Part shown: piece by piece, positions 12,462-24,345 of the stretch | Layout: each line of letters opens with the position of its first letter | Numbering within the stretch: the first letter of the stretch is position 1 | Assembly (NCBI GenBank): GCA_043228905.1 | Contig: JBHGNT010000018.1 | Location: forward strand, 9,052,001 to 9,116,000 | Direction: 5' to 3' | DNA from: Azolla caroliniana | Lineage: Eukaryota > Plantae > Polypodiophyta | DNA: 64,000 nt | Program-made: the position numbers and the translations under genes | Notes under the pieces: model-generated | Databases searched by the model: none | What the model was told of the DNA's origin: nothing | What the model saw: only the letters and a program-made list of their open reading frames with translations

Positions 12462-12683
12462 AGGAGCTCGCGGCTATAGTGGCAGCTTTCACAGAGTGGA
12501 GACCTTACTTGGCTGGGGCGCAACATCGAGTTCAGGTATTAACATATCATAAAATTTTATTATATTTCTCAACAACCCGTTCTTTGAATCGATGGTAGGC
12601 CCATTGGTCAACTTTCTTAGACGACTATGACTGTGAAATTATCTTTCGGCCGAGGGCACAAAACATGAAGGTTGATGCTCTTT
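12462..12683 (+). mobile_element. RNase H fragment of a Tcn1-type chromovirus, probably continuous with 19806-21765
   Basis: Translates as ELAAIVAAFTEWRPYLAGAQHRVQVLT..IIFRP..KVDAL. Confidence 0.7.
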
Positions 12684-13163
12684 TGTTGGCCAATGGCGGC
12701 CAAAGTATATAATAGGAAAAAGGATGAGCCAAGTTCCGAATATAATAATAATATTAAAAGTAAGATGTATTATAGGAACGGACAGATCCGAAATAGATAT
12801 GCCGATCCGGATCCGGACCGGTTTGTAGTCGGTTGCCGGTTAGGCACCGTTTTGTAACACAGAACCAGAGGCCTATAAAAGGATCGGGGTATTGAGAGGA
12901 TGGAATATTAATATAAGAGAGTTTTGTTATTATTATCCTATTCATCTTTATGTTCTATTCCGTTCTGCGCTCAATGTATGGATCTTACGTGTGTAATCAA
13001 TGAGTGTTGTGAATTTGGATACTGAACCGGAAGATAACCGGTTGTAGTTGCTAGTGTTGAATCCCTTACCCTAACCACCCTTTGGTGAAGTGATCCGAAC
13101 GGACACCTTGTGTTAGAGGCAAGTCGGACCCAGGAGTAACACAAATTTGGCGACACAGCGGTG
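12684..13163 (+). mobile_element. 5' LTR (12684-13141) plus PBS (13148-13163) of a relative of the first Gypsy element
   Basis: TGTTGG..GTAACA ends; TATAAAA near 12874; similar to LTR 8959-9392; followed by TGGCGACACAGCGGTG (tRNA-Arg-like PBS). Confidence 0.75.
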
Positions 13164-13239
13164 AATTCCCCTTTGGACGAAGCCAATGCATATTTGCGGC
13201 AGAAATGTGCGAATCATGATGACGACGATGTGCGAGAGA

Positions 13240-14700
13240 ATGGGGAAATCAAATCAGTGATTTGCACCAAATGACAAAAGTATGTGTGAGGAATGGCGAT
13301 GATGCTCGGATCTAATTGTAAAGAAGGAGAAGAGAAAGAAAAGAGAATGATGGTGCAGTTCGGAAATCCGGAAAGACAAAAACTGCTGAAAAGACACACA
13401 AGCATGGGCTGAACGAACAGAAAACCGGAAAGATACTGCCAAACGGGCCGAACAGACGGACATTGATGGAAAGACACTGGAAGGACGGGCAGGCACCGGT
13501 TAGCGTTTGACAAAGATGCCGACAACCAAATGGATACAGTCGGACAAGGCCGAACAACGCAACAACACAGGAGAAGTGACGAACGGCGACGGAAGCAGCC
13601 GGAGAGCGGCCGTCCGACACTCAACGGCTGAACAGAATAACGACGAATGGATGGCCGGCCACAGATGGCCAGACGGCAACCGAAATGGCCGAACAACGAC
13701 TGGATGGAGCAACAGCTGAGACAAAGGCCGAATGAAGAGGCAACGGCGGCCCGGCCAAACAAACGATGGTAGCTGGAATGACGACGGCGATGGAGACAGT
13801 GACGACAGAGACGGAAACGGCCGGAGACCGACCAAAAAGCTGACAGAGACGGCTGGAAAAACACGACAGAATGAAAAGACATGGTCGGACGGGCCAAATG
13901 GTCGGAACGTGACGGAGCCGGGACGACTATCGGAATTGGACGGCGGTGGCCACATACCAACGGCTAGAGTGGTTGGACAGAGACAGTGACCGGATGGAGC
14001 AGCGGCCGTACAGTGGCAACGGCAAGAGCAACAGCTACCGGATAGCGGCCGGATCGATTTCCGGAATGCACAAAGACACATAACGATGAGACGATGAAGA
14101 TAGCGGAACCGACGGCCGGACAACAGCTGAAGAGTAACAGGACAGGTGGCCGGACGGGCGAGACGGACACAGAGATGGGAGACGAAAACGGCTGGACATA
14201 CGAGCGGACAACGGATGGCCGGACAGCAGCCGACGGCCGGAAGGAACAGAGGCGGCCGGATGAAGCGGTGATAGCCAGACAAAGGGTAGCGGTAGCCAAA
14301 AATCAGCGGCCGAAGCGACCGAATAAAGAAAGAAGAAGAACAAGCAGAAAATAAGAAGAAACGATGAAGGAAAACGCAAGAAGGAGATAGAAGAAAGAAC
14401 AAAAGGATACATCAAAAGAAGCAGAAGAAGAAGAGGATGGTGTCAACGAGAGATCTAAGAAAGATACAGAGAAGAAACAGATAGAGAAGCGAGCGAGAAA
14501 GCAAGAGAGAGGAGGGGAATAATAATAATAATAAATCAAGCAATAAAAAGAAAGGGCAAGAGAGAATGATAGGGGTATCGAACATAATTTTAAAAACATG
14601 AGGGTACATAATACAATTTTTAAAACCTAAGGGCATTGTCATTAGTTTAGAAAATTTGAGGCTAGAGTACCTAAATTTAAAAATTCATCAACCTAAAAGA
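13240..14700. repeat. Unclassified low-complexity repeat (GACGG/CCGG-rich, purine-skewed), possibly a non-autonomous DNA-transposon remnant
   Basis: Many short GGCCGGAC/GACGG motifs; AT-rich end with repeated AGGG..AATTTT..AAAA; no real ORF. Confidence 0.35.
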
Positions 14701-14896
14701 AATGGACGTGATCAACCACGACAACTCACAAAAAATTAAAGGAAGAACACACATACACACAACGTGCTTTTGGACCCATGACGAAGTTCGTGAACCGACA
14801 GAATGAGAATGTTCGTGTCGAGGAAGATTCGCTGACCGAAGGAGATGTTCGAGTCAAACGTTCCGATCAAGGGAGTCGATCGATGAGAGGACCGAC

Positions 14897-15262
14897 GGAA
14901 GTTCCAATCGAAGAAAGATGACGATCAAGGCATCTGGGATTGACGTGCAAGGCACTCTCCCACGGGCGTGCCATAATGTGTTACCGTACGGGATGTACGG
15001 GAGATGTAGAGTGTGATGAGCGAGGGTCAAATGCTATAATGTTGTTAATGTGTATGTGTAAATGTGTAACTGTAATTGTGAGTGTGAGTACATGTGTACG
15101 TGTACACATGCACACGTGTGTGCATGTGGATGGATACGAGGAGGTGTGAGTGAGTGATTAGTGTGAATGAACAAGGGGGCTTGCACCCCTATGTATCTAC
15201 CCTTTTGTAACTATTTAACCCCCTATGGGGAATGAATGAAGAATGAAGGAATAGTTCTCTCT

Positions 15263-15311
<49 letters not shown>

Positions 15312-15452
15312 GTTGAACCCTCTTGGGAGGGGGGTGGAGCCATTCTAGGCACCATCCCCCCATCCCACAATGCTTATGCTTCTCAACATATTCCCCATCT
15401 CCATCCCTATCACTACCCTATTATCATCATAATCGTCATCCCTAACCCTAAA
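14897..15452 (+). mobile_element. LTR (14979 to about 15452) with upstream tRNA-like motif; an inverted relative lies at 19283-19805
   Basis: TCCCACGGGCGTGCCA at 14958-14973, then TGTTACCG; TATTTAA near 15212; (CT)n tract. Confidence 0.75.
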
Positions 15453-18400
15453 CCTCCAAGTGTATGATGCAAAAAGATTACTATGGTCCTCCTTTTCTTT
15501 CTATCTCTCTTTCTCTTCTTTTCCTACATGGTATTAGAGCCAAACGATCTATAACCTATAGTCTATGCCTTTCTTAAATCACAAAACACATGCCCTTATC
15601 ATAATTTAACTTTCATGCCCATACAAAATAATCATATTCATAGTGTCCAAGATCGTCAAGTAACGAAAGAATTTTGTGTTTGTCGTGCGCTGATCCGGAT
15701 AGTCCTCTGCAATAATGGCACAATCTATGCCATCGTCGCAACTCAACATGCGAAAATTCACGATCGAGAAATTATCGGACACAAATTATTGAATTTGGAA
15801 GGCAAGATTAGAATTACTTTTAAATACAATAATGTATGGGACATCATTTCAGGATCGTCGACAAAACCGGAGAAAGGCGAAGAACTTGAAGAATATGAAG
15901 AAAAAGACTTATGCGCAAGAATGGAAATGCTAATGCAAGTAAGTGATGGCACTTGAGAAACATTGCGAAAAATGAAGATGGCTCAAAAAATGTGGAAGCA
16001 CTTACAAACTATCTACGAACTGAAAATTGATGCCCAACAAGCGTATACACTTCAAGCACTTGTTAATTACAAAATGAATGATGAACAAGCAGTTGGTGAA
16101 TTTCTATTAATATGGGAAAAGAAAGTAGATGATGTATTAACTTTGGGATTAGAAATCCATGATAAATTACAAAAGATTCTCCTTCTTGGTGCTCTTCCTC
16201 ACTCGTGGTCCACTTTCAGAACCACCCAAAACTCTATAAATTGTCCAACTCTAATTGATCTCTTGCAAATATTAGACATGAAGAAACAATGTGTTCACAA
16301 AGGTCTTCAAATTCAACTCCAAGTGTGGCAATGGTAGCATACAAAAAAAAATCACCCAAAGAGGAGAAAGCTCAAAGCCATGGATAAAGAAAGATCAAAA
16401 CTCAAAACAAGGAGGAATGTCGTTCAACAATACCTATTGCAAAATATGCAAATGTACTAATCATCCAACAAAAGATTGCCACGCAAAGTCAAACTTCAAG
16501 AATTATCAACCTTGGAGGCATGTACAAGCCCATCTTGTTGAAGAAGAGATGGATGATGAAAAAGCCGTAGGAGATAGATGTCAAAATGTTGAAAAGTATA
16601 ACGATGTCCTTCAAGCATTCATTGCTGAATCACTTTCCGCCACGATTCCAAATCCAAGTAATGTAAATGACATATGGTATCTCGACACTAGTGTTACTAA
16701 CCACTTAACTAATAGAAAAGATTGGTTATGTAATTATAAGGAAGTTGAACCTCCTATCATTGTAAGATTTGGAAATAATGGGACTAAACAAGCTATTACT
16801 TTTGAAGTTACAGGAGGAAGAAATTTCACGATCAATGAAGTTCTCTATGTCCCGGGCATCACCAAACATTTGTTATCCATTAGTCAAGCAACGAAAAATG
16901 GTACTATCATTGAATTTCATCCTAACCATGCTATTATTAAACATAAAGCCTCCAATGGAGAACTTATTAGAACATGTTGTAAACAAGAAGGAAGCTTATA
17001 TCCCATAAAATGTATTCCTACATCTCTTATTTTTGAAGCACATCATTCTACTCCAATTCAATCATCTATATCTCTAACTAATCTTCATTCTCCCTCTTCT
17101 CTTTCGCATTTTCTTCTAGGCCATATCTCGGCCATATGCATTTCAATCCTCAAAAAACATTACAATGTAATAATCTAGTCCATTGTTTGCCAAAAGAACC
17201 TTCCAAGCCCATCTCTTTGTGTGAAAGTTGTATCCTTGGGAAAATGCCCCAACAACCCTTCCCAAAACATAGATCTAGAGCCACTACCCCTCTTGCATTA
17301 GTACATAGTGATCTATGTGGACCTTTTCCAACCCCTTCTCTTAGTGGAGCCAAATATTTCATTAGCTTTATGGATGACTTTAGTCGATTTACAATCTTGC
17401 ATTTTCTCAAGTACAAAAGTCAAGCTTATCAAGCATTCAAAGAATACAAGGCTTGAGTCGAAGTGCAAACATCATCAAAGATTAAAAGTCTTCAAACCGA
17501 TGATGGTGGTGAGTATATGTCTCATGAATTTCAAAGTTTGTATCAAAATGAAGGCATTCATCATAGAATATCAACACCACACACACCACAACAAAATGGT
17601 GTATCTGAAAGGAAGAATAGGTCACTTCTCAATATGGCTCGGAGTAGGTTACAATTTTCTCACTTATCGCCTCAATTTTGGGAGGAAGCAGTTGGCACCG
17701 CTTGCTATATTCAAAATCGAGGATTTCATAGATCCTTGGAGCTCCAAACCCCTTATGAACTATGGCATGGTCACAAACCTAACTTAAGTAACATTCGTAT
17801 TTTTGGTTGTGATGCTTATGCTTTTGTGCCAAATGTTCAAAGAAATAAGCTAGATCCAAGGGCTACAAAATCAATTTTCATCAGATATGGAGAAGCTTCG
17901 GGATACAAGGTGTACAAGCTCTACGATCCACAAAAGCGAAGAATATTCTTTAGTCGCAATGTGATATTTCAAGAAAATGGGCTTTCTACAAAGGTTTCTT
18001 CTTCACTCTCATCTAATCTACCTCCTTTATTACCTACCCCTACCCACTTACAACCATCTTCCTCAACCATCTCTAATATTAATAGCTCTCATATTGAAGG
18101 AGCCAACATTGGCTCATCCTCTACTTCCACTATTTGTGTTGCTCTTCCATCTAATCACAAGGCAAAGATCAATCCTATTTAACCAACTAATTCTTCTGCT
18201 CATCTTCCCTCATTCCAATCTCTAGATGATTCTCTTCCTCGTACTCCTTTAAATACACATTGTTTAACTCCCTCTAACAATACAAATAATGTTATCTTCT
18301 CAACTCTGGTGAAAAGCTATGGAAGAAGAAATGAAGGCTTTAATTAAAAATGGTATGTGGACCCTCGTTGAGCCTCCAAAAGATCGTCAAATAAATGGTT

Positions 18401-19282
18401 CTAAGTGGGTCTTATGCATAAAGAGAGATAGTAATGGTAATCCAATTCGCTTCAAGGCTCGTGTAGTTGCTCGACGATTTTCTCAAGTACTAGGTATTGA
18501 TTTTCAAGATACATTTAGTCCAACATAAAAAATATGTGGTTTTCGAATGCTCGTTGCTCTTGCTGCTCAACATGATCTAGAGTTGCATCACTTGGATGTA
18601 CAAACGACTTTTCTTCATGGAGATTTAGATGAAGAACTTTATTTACAACAACCACAATTTTTGAAAATCCAAGTCATCCAACACATGTTTGTCGACTTCG
18701 TAAACCTATTTACGGCCTTAAACAATCTCCACGCATATGGTATCATCATCTAAACAATGAGCCAAATATATATGTTAGAAAAGCCAAATCCAATTTTGTT
18801 ATCATAGGTGTGTGTCTATGTTGATGATTTGCCCTTCATCTCTAATTCTAAATCTAAATCTTATCTAGCTATTGCAAAGAAGGAACTCGCATATGTCTTT
18901 TCTATCACCGATTTAGGCCCTATGACACATTTTCTAGGCATCAAAGTAACTCAAAATAGAACAAATCATATTATCTCATTATCACAATCAAACTATATTA
19001 ATTCTATTCTCCAACGATTTGATATGCTTCATAGTAAACCTATTAGTACTCCTCTTACCTCTCCATGCAAACTTTCAAATGATGATTCTCCCAAAAATGA
19101 ACGAGAAATTTCCGAAATGAAGGATGTACCCTATAAACAAATCTTGGGATGTATAAGATATCTAGTAAGTTGCACACGTCTCGATATTTGCTTTGCCGCC
19201 GGTTTTCTTTCTCGTTTCATGGCTAATCCAGGACCAAAGCATTGGATCACACTCAAAAGATTACTACGATACTTGAAGATAG
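15453..19282 (+). mobile_element. Decayed Ty1/Copia element (LTR remnant, PBS-Met 15529-15541, gag-PR-IN-RT), truncated in RT
   Basis: TGGTATTAGAGCC; WYLDTSVTNH, VHSDLCGP, LQTDDGGEY, QQNGVSERKNR, FKARVVAR, LDVQTTFLHG, VYVDD. Confidence 0.9.
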
Positions 19283-19805
19283 TGTTTTAGGGTTAGGGAT
19301 GACGATTATGATGATAATAGGGTAGTGATAGGGATGGAGATGGTGAAGATGTTGAGAAGCATTGAGAGGTGGGGGGTGGTGCCTAGAATGGCTCCACCCC
19401 CCTCCCAAGGGGGTTCAACATAAGGGAAGAGAGAGATGACAAGAGAGATAGAGAACTATTCCTTTCATCCTTCATTCATTCCCCATAAGGGGTTAAATAG
19501 TTACAAGAGGGGGTAGATACATAGGGGTGCAAGCCCCCTTGTCCATTCACACTAATCACTTACTCACTCCTCCTCGTATACGTCCACATGCACACACATG
19601 TGCATGTGTACACATACACATCTACTAACAGTCACAATTATACTTACACATTTACACATACACATACACATAAACAACATTATAATATTCCACCCTCGCT
19701 TTCCGTACATCTTGTACGGTAACACATTATGCATGCCCGTGGGAGAGTGCCTTGCACGTCGACCCCACATGCCTCGATCGTCATCTTTCTTCGACCGGAA
19801 CTTCC
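19283..19805 (-). mobile_element. LTR (19283-19724) plus about 80 bp of adjacent sequence with the tRNA-like motif
   Basis: Reverse complement of 14897-15452; minus strand reads TCCCACGGGCATGC-ATAATG-TGTTACCG..CCTAAAACA. Confidence 0.8.
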
Positions 19806-21765
19806 ATTGATTGCAACATGATCGCACATGATCTCAATGTTTACTTAAACTAGATCAATTCTAGATCTTCGCCACATATATGCTCCATGACGACTCTTTG
19901 CTTGAGGAGATTGCCAAGGCACTTCCCACTGACAAATTCGCCAATGCAATTCAGGAAGGTCTTATTGATCCGTCTAAATCCAAGACCAAGGAAGACCTTG
20001 TCTGCTTCCGATTTGAGGGGGGATTGCTTTACTGAGACCAACTCTTATATGTTCTGGAGGGCCGATGTCGAACTCAAGTTCTCCAAAAGTGTCATGATGA
20101 CCCCTTGGCTGGTCATTTTGGCGTTGCAAAGACACTCGAATTAATCTCACCAGGATATTGGTGGCCTCAACCATAGAAGTTCGTCAAGGAATTCATCAAG
20201 ACATGGGATACTTGAGTTAGATCCAAAGTCGTCCACCACCACTTCCCATTCCCAACCAGCCTTGGGCATCAATTTCTATGGATTTCATCACTGACTTGCC
20301 TCTTGTTCACGGATATGACACAATGCTCGTCATGGTAGATCGGTTTCCATAGATGGCTCATTTTGCCCCTTGTGCAAAGACTATTTTAGCAGAAGCAACA
20401 ACCGATCTATTTTTGAAGAATGTGGTGCAGCTTCATGGGGTCCCAGATGATGTCACCTCAGATCGCGGACCCCAATTTGTCTCTCGTTTTTGGCGGCGGA
20501 TCCTTCAAACATTGGGAACAACAGTGAATTTGTCTTTGTCCTATCATCCTCAAACCGATGGCCAAATGGAGCGTGTGAATTGAATTCTTGAGCAATACCT
20601 TCAATGCTTGCTTAGCTACCAACAAGATGATTGGGTTGACCTCCTACCCTTGGCAGAGTTCACATACAATAATACGCTACATGGTTCAACTGGGGTCACC
20701 CCATTTTTCACCAACTATGGTTTCCATCCTCGCTTTAGTATTTCCATCTCCGGCAACTCTGTCAACCCGTTAGCAAAAGGACGTGCTCGTATTTTAGCTG
20801 ACATTAATCAAGATCTCTCCCTCGAACTCATCCTTGCAAGGGACCGGTATAAAGCGCAAGCTGATCGACATCGTTCTGCTACACCTGCCTTTGCAATTGG
20901 TGATCAAGTTTGGCCCTTACGTCGCCATGCCGATACTACTCGACATTGCGGAAAGTTGGATTACAAGAAGTTGGGGCCTTTCCGCATCATTGAGTGTGTC
21001 AATCTCATCACTTTCCAGCTGGAATTTCCTCCACATTTCCGTATTCATAATGTCTTCCATGCCTCTCTTCTCGAACCTTATCACCCATCCACTATTCCTG
21101 GAAGACACTCTCCACCTCCACCTCCAATTGAGCTTTCCATAGGTGAGGAGTACGAGGTGGACAAGATTCAGGACTCTCGTTGGTGTCGACGACAACTTCA
21201 ATACTTAGTCCTATGGAAAGGGTATCCCGTTTCAGAGGCAACTTGGGAACCAGGCCAACACTTGGAGAATGCACCGGATGTTCATGAATTTCATCACCAA
21301 TATCCACAAAAACCAGGGAGGCATCTTCAGAGGCGGCCTTAGCAGGGGGATAATGTCATGGACATGACAACAGTCATGTAATGATTCAAACTCTTGACGT
21401 ACTGTATTTAATCGATATGTTTTAACCAATACATCCAATACATAATCATGTTACCTTACTAGATTATTGTAGATTATCTATTCTACATGTAGGATTTTAG
21501 AAGCTTCCAGAAAGCTTTAGAAGCTAGAACATTCTAGAAGCTTGTGCATGAAAATGAGTCTTTGCATGGGGCTACATTTAGAGCCCATAAACATGTATAA
21601 ATACAAGGGTTCACCTTGGCCTTAGTCAAGGTGAACAACACCAGTTATAGAATCATAATTCAGTTCTTGTTCTCTTGACTAATTTCTCTCTCTCTTTCTT
21701 ATTATCTTCTCTATGATCTGTCTCTCACTGTCTTAGTATTGAGCCTCGTCTACTTGTCTGTGACA
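19806..21765 (+). mobile_element. Tcn1-type chromovirus 3' part (IN, chromodomain, PPT, 3' LTR 21354-21765)
   Basis: [53 protein letters not shown]; PPT AGCAGGGGGA before TGTCATG..GTGACA. Confidence 0.88.
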
Positions 21766-21991
21766 AAATCGGATGATCATGGAAAGAGTGAGGAGCATGA
21801 TGTCACATGCCAAGCTACGGAAATCATATTGGGCTGAGGTGATGTATACAACTGTTTATTTGATCAATAGGTCTCCCTCAATGCCATTGAAAGGTGATGT
21901 CCCAGAGAGGGTGTGGATAGGAAAGGAAGTCTCCTACCAACACCTAAGGGTGTTCAGATGTCTAGTGTATATGCATGTGGCCAAGGATTAG
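21766..21991 (+). mobile_element. Copia integrase fragment
   Basis: MERVRSMMSHAKLRKSYWAEVMYTTVYLINRSP..HLRVF. Confidence 0.75.
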
Positions 21992-24345
21992 TGTCATGAA
22001 GACATACATTTTGGCCTTACAAGGATTCGAGCCCAAGACGTCTTGGTCTATATGTTAGACCTTTAACCATTATAATAACATATATGATTTATAGTATTAT
22101 TAGTTATTACAAAATATTTAGAGTATTCCAGAACATTCTAGGATATTCCATGATTATATTAAATATCATAAATATCTAAAATATTCTAGAACATTCTAGA
22201 ATACTCCATAAGGACCTATAAATAGGTGTTTATTCATTCATCACAACTCATTCGGTTCAACACCAGTTTGTAGCCCCTTAGCCTACTCTTTGTAATCCTT
22301 GCTCTCTTATAATATAAACTCTCTTTCCATTTCTAGTGTTCTCTCTCTCTCTCTCTCTCTCTCAATACCTTCTATTGTCATCTTATCTTTCTCTCTCCAA
22401 TTCTCAGGTCTCGACAATTTGAACCGAATATGTCTCTTTTCTTCTTCTCCAACTTCTTCTTCTTATCTGAACCTTATTCAAGCAAATCTAGCAATTTTCT
22501 CTCGCAACTATGGAGTCTGTCAGCAAGCAAGAATATATGCGTATTCTCTCCGAGCTCGTAATGCTAACAACCAAATTCATGGCACTGGAGCATGAAAATC
22601 AAAGATTGCTGGGAGACCTACAACAAGTAAGTGCTGAGAAAGTATAACAATACGAAGAATTATCTCAACGGGTGCATCAATTGGAGACTACTCTATTGCA
22701 ATGACAAGCGGTGGAAGTTCAAACCTCGCCGAAGGAACCCAAGATTAGTCCACTGGCCAAGTTTGATGGTACAAGGTCTCAATTTCGTGGATTTTTAAAT
22801 CAGGTACAACTTGTGATTAAATTGCATCCTAGCCGTTACCCAACTAATGTTGCTCGTGTGGGACTAGTTGGTACCTTGTTAACGGGTACCGCATTAGCGT
22901 GGTTTGCACCACTCCTAGAGAAGCACTCACCATTATTAGAAGATTTTGAAGGTTTATTAATGAGTTCCAAGCCAACTTTGGAGACATTGATAGTACGAGG
23001 ACCGTAATAAACAAAATTCGGTGATTACGACAAGGAGATCGTCCTACTTCCGCTTATGTTATAGATTTTCGCCTTCTATCATGTGATATTCCATGGGACG
23101 AGGCAACATTAATGGACCAATTTCATCAAGTTCTATGCAATTATGTGAAGGATTTACTTCTTACCTTCCATGATGATCCAAAATCTCTTACTGAAGCAGT
23201 AAGCTGGGCCGTGTGATGTGATAATCGCTTATTTGAGCGGCGTTCTGAGCACCAACAAATGTTACGCTTCCGACCAAATAAAACATATGCTTCGGTGGCC
23301 GCAACTCCACCCCAAGTATCAAAGTCAAGTGTGGTGGAAGGCCCTACTCCAATCGAAATCGAGACAACACAACGTCGAGGACCATTATCAGATGCTGAAA
23401 AGCAACGACGGTGAGCGAATAGTCTATGCCTCTATTGTGGTGGTCTAGCGCATATTGCTGTGAATTGTCCACATAAACCACAATGACAAGTTAACCAAGT
23501 AAGTGCTCATGACAATCCCATCTCAATTTTTGCCCTGCCTTCTCGTAACCCAAGTAGGCCTAGTAGTCCCTGTCATAAAAATACATTTGATGTCTTGAGC
23601 CAATTAGATGATGTGTTAAACGAGTAAGTCCGGCCAAAATCGGAGCCATTTGGTTGGACAACCCTTGGCATGTAACGTCCGTCCCTAGTTGTGGTTCCAT
23701 TTCATCTGGTCAAGTTAGTCGAGTTTTCTCTGCACTAGTTGAGCTTAACACATCTAGGTGTCATCAAGTCCCAGCTTCTGCCCTCTTAGACTCTGCAATC
23801 AACTCTTGTTTCATGGATCGTGAATTTGTTGTAATGCATAATATTCAGTTGCATAAGCTCCCAAGCCCAGTGTTTGTCAGAGTCATTGATGGACGCCCCA
23901 TAGCATCAGGTGATATAGTTGAAGAGTCTGAACCAATTCATGTAGTCCTAGGCAATTTGGCTAGTGTCATATCATTCAACATCATTAGTAGTCCAGAGCA
24001 CTCCCTAGTTCTTGGTCTTCCATGGTTTGAGCTACATAACCCAACTATTGATTGGAGAAAAAGAACCTTGAAGAGGTCACAATATAGTCTGGGTCTCTTA
24101 AAACTCCAACAAAGGATATGACATTCCAAAAGATTTCGACAATCTCTATACATCAGTTACGCGAGGAAGGACGGAAGGAAGACATGTTGGTGTTCACAGT
24201 TTTAGCAACTCCCACATCAAGCTCACAAGAATCGGGGGTCCAACTACCAAAGAAATATATAGAATTCTCCAATGTGTTTGATAAGGTGAAGGCCAATAGA
24301 CTACCAAAGCATCGACCATATGATTGCCCGATTGATTTGCAACCC
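21992..24345 (+). mobile_element. Tcn1-type chromovirus 5' part (5' LTR 21992-22416, self-priming PBS 22419-22429, gag, protease, start of RT)
   Basis: TGTCATG..TCGACA ends; PEG10/Ty3-like gag KFDGTRSQFRGF..LLTGTALAWF; ALLDSA; LGLPWFELHNP; LPKHRPYDCPIDL. Confidence 0.88.

Noticed and set aside
13214-14642. Long Cys/Arg/Ser/Phe-rich ORFs on the minus strand
   Set aside because: Low-complexity, strand-skewed repeat lacking stops by composition; no domain motifs.
22011-22080. Calling the LTR cassettes functional tRNA genes
   Set aside because: No convincing acceptor stem and the anticodon arms are not conserved; reported only as tRNA-like promoter boxes.
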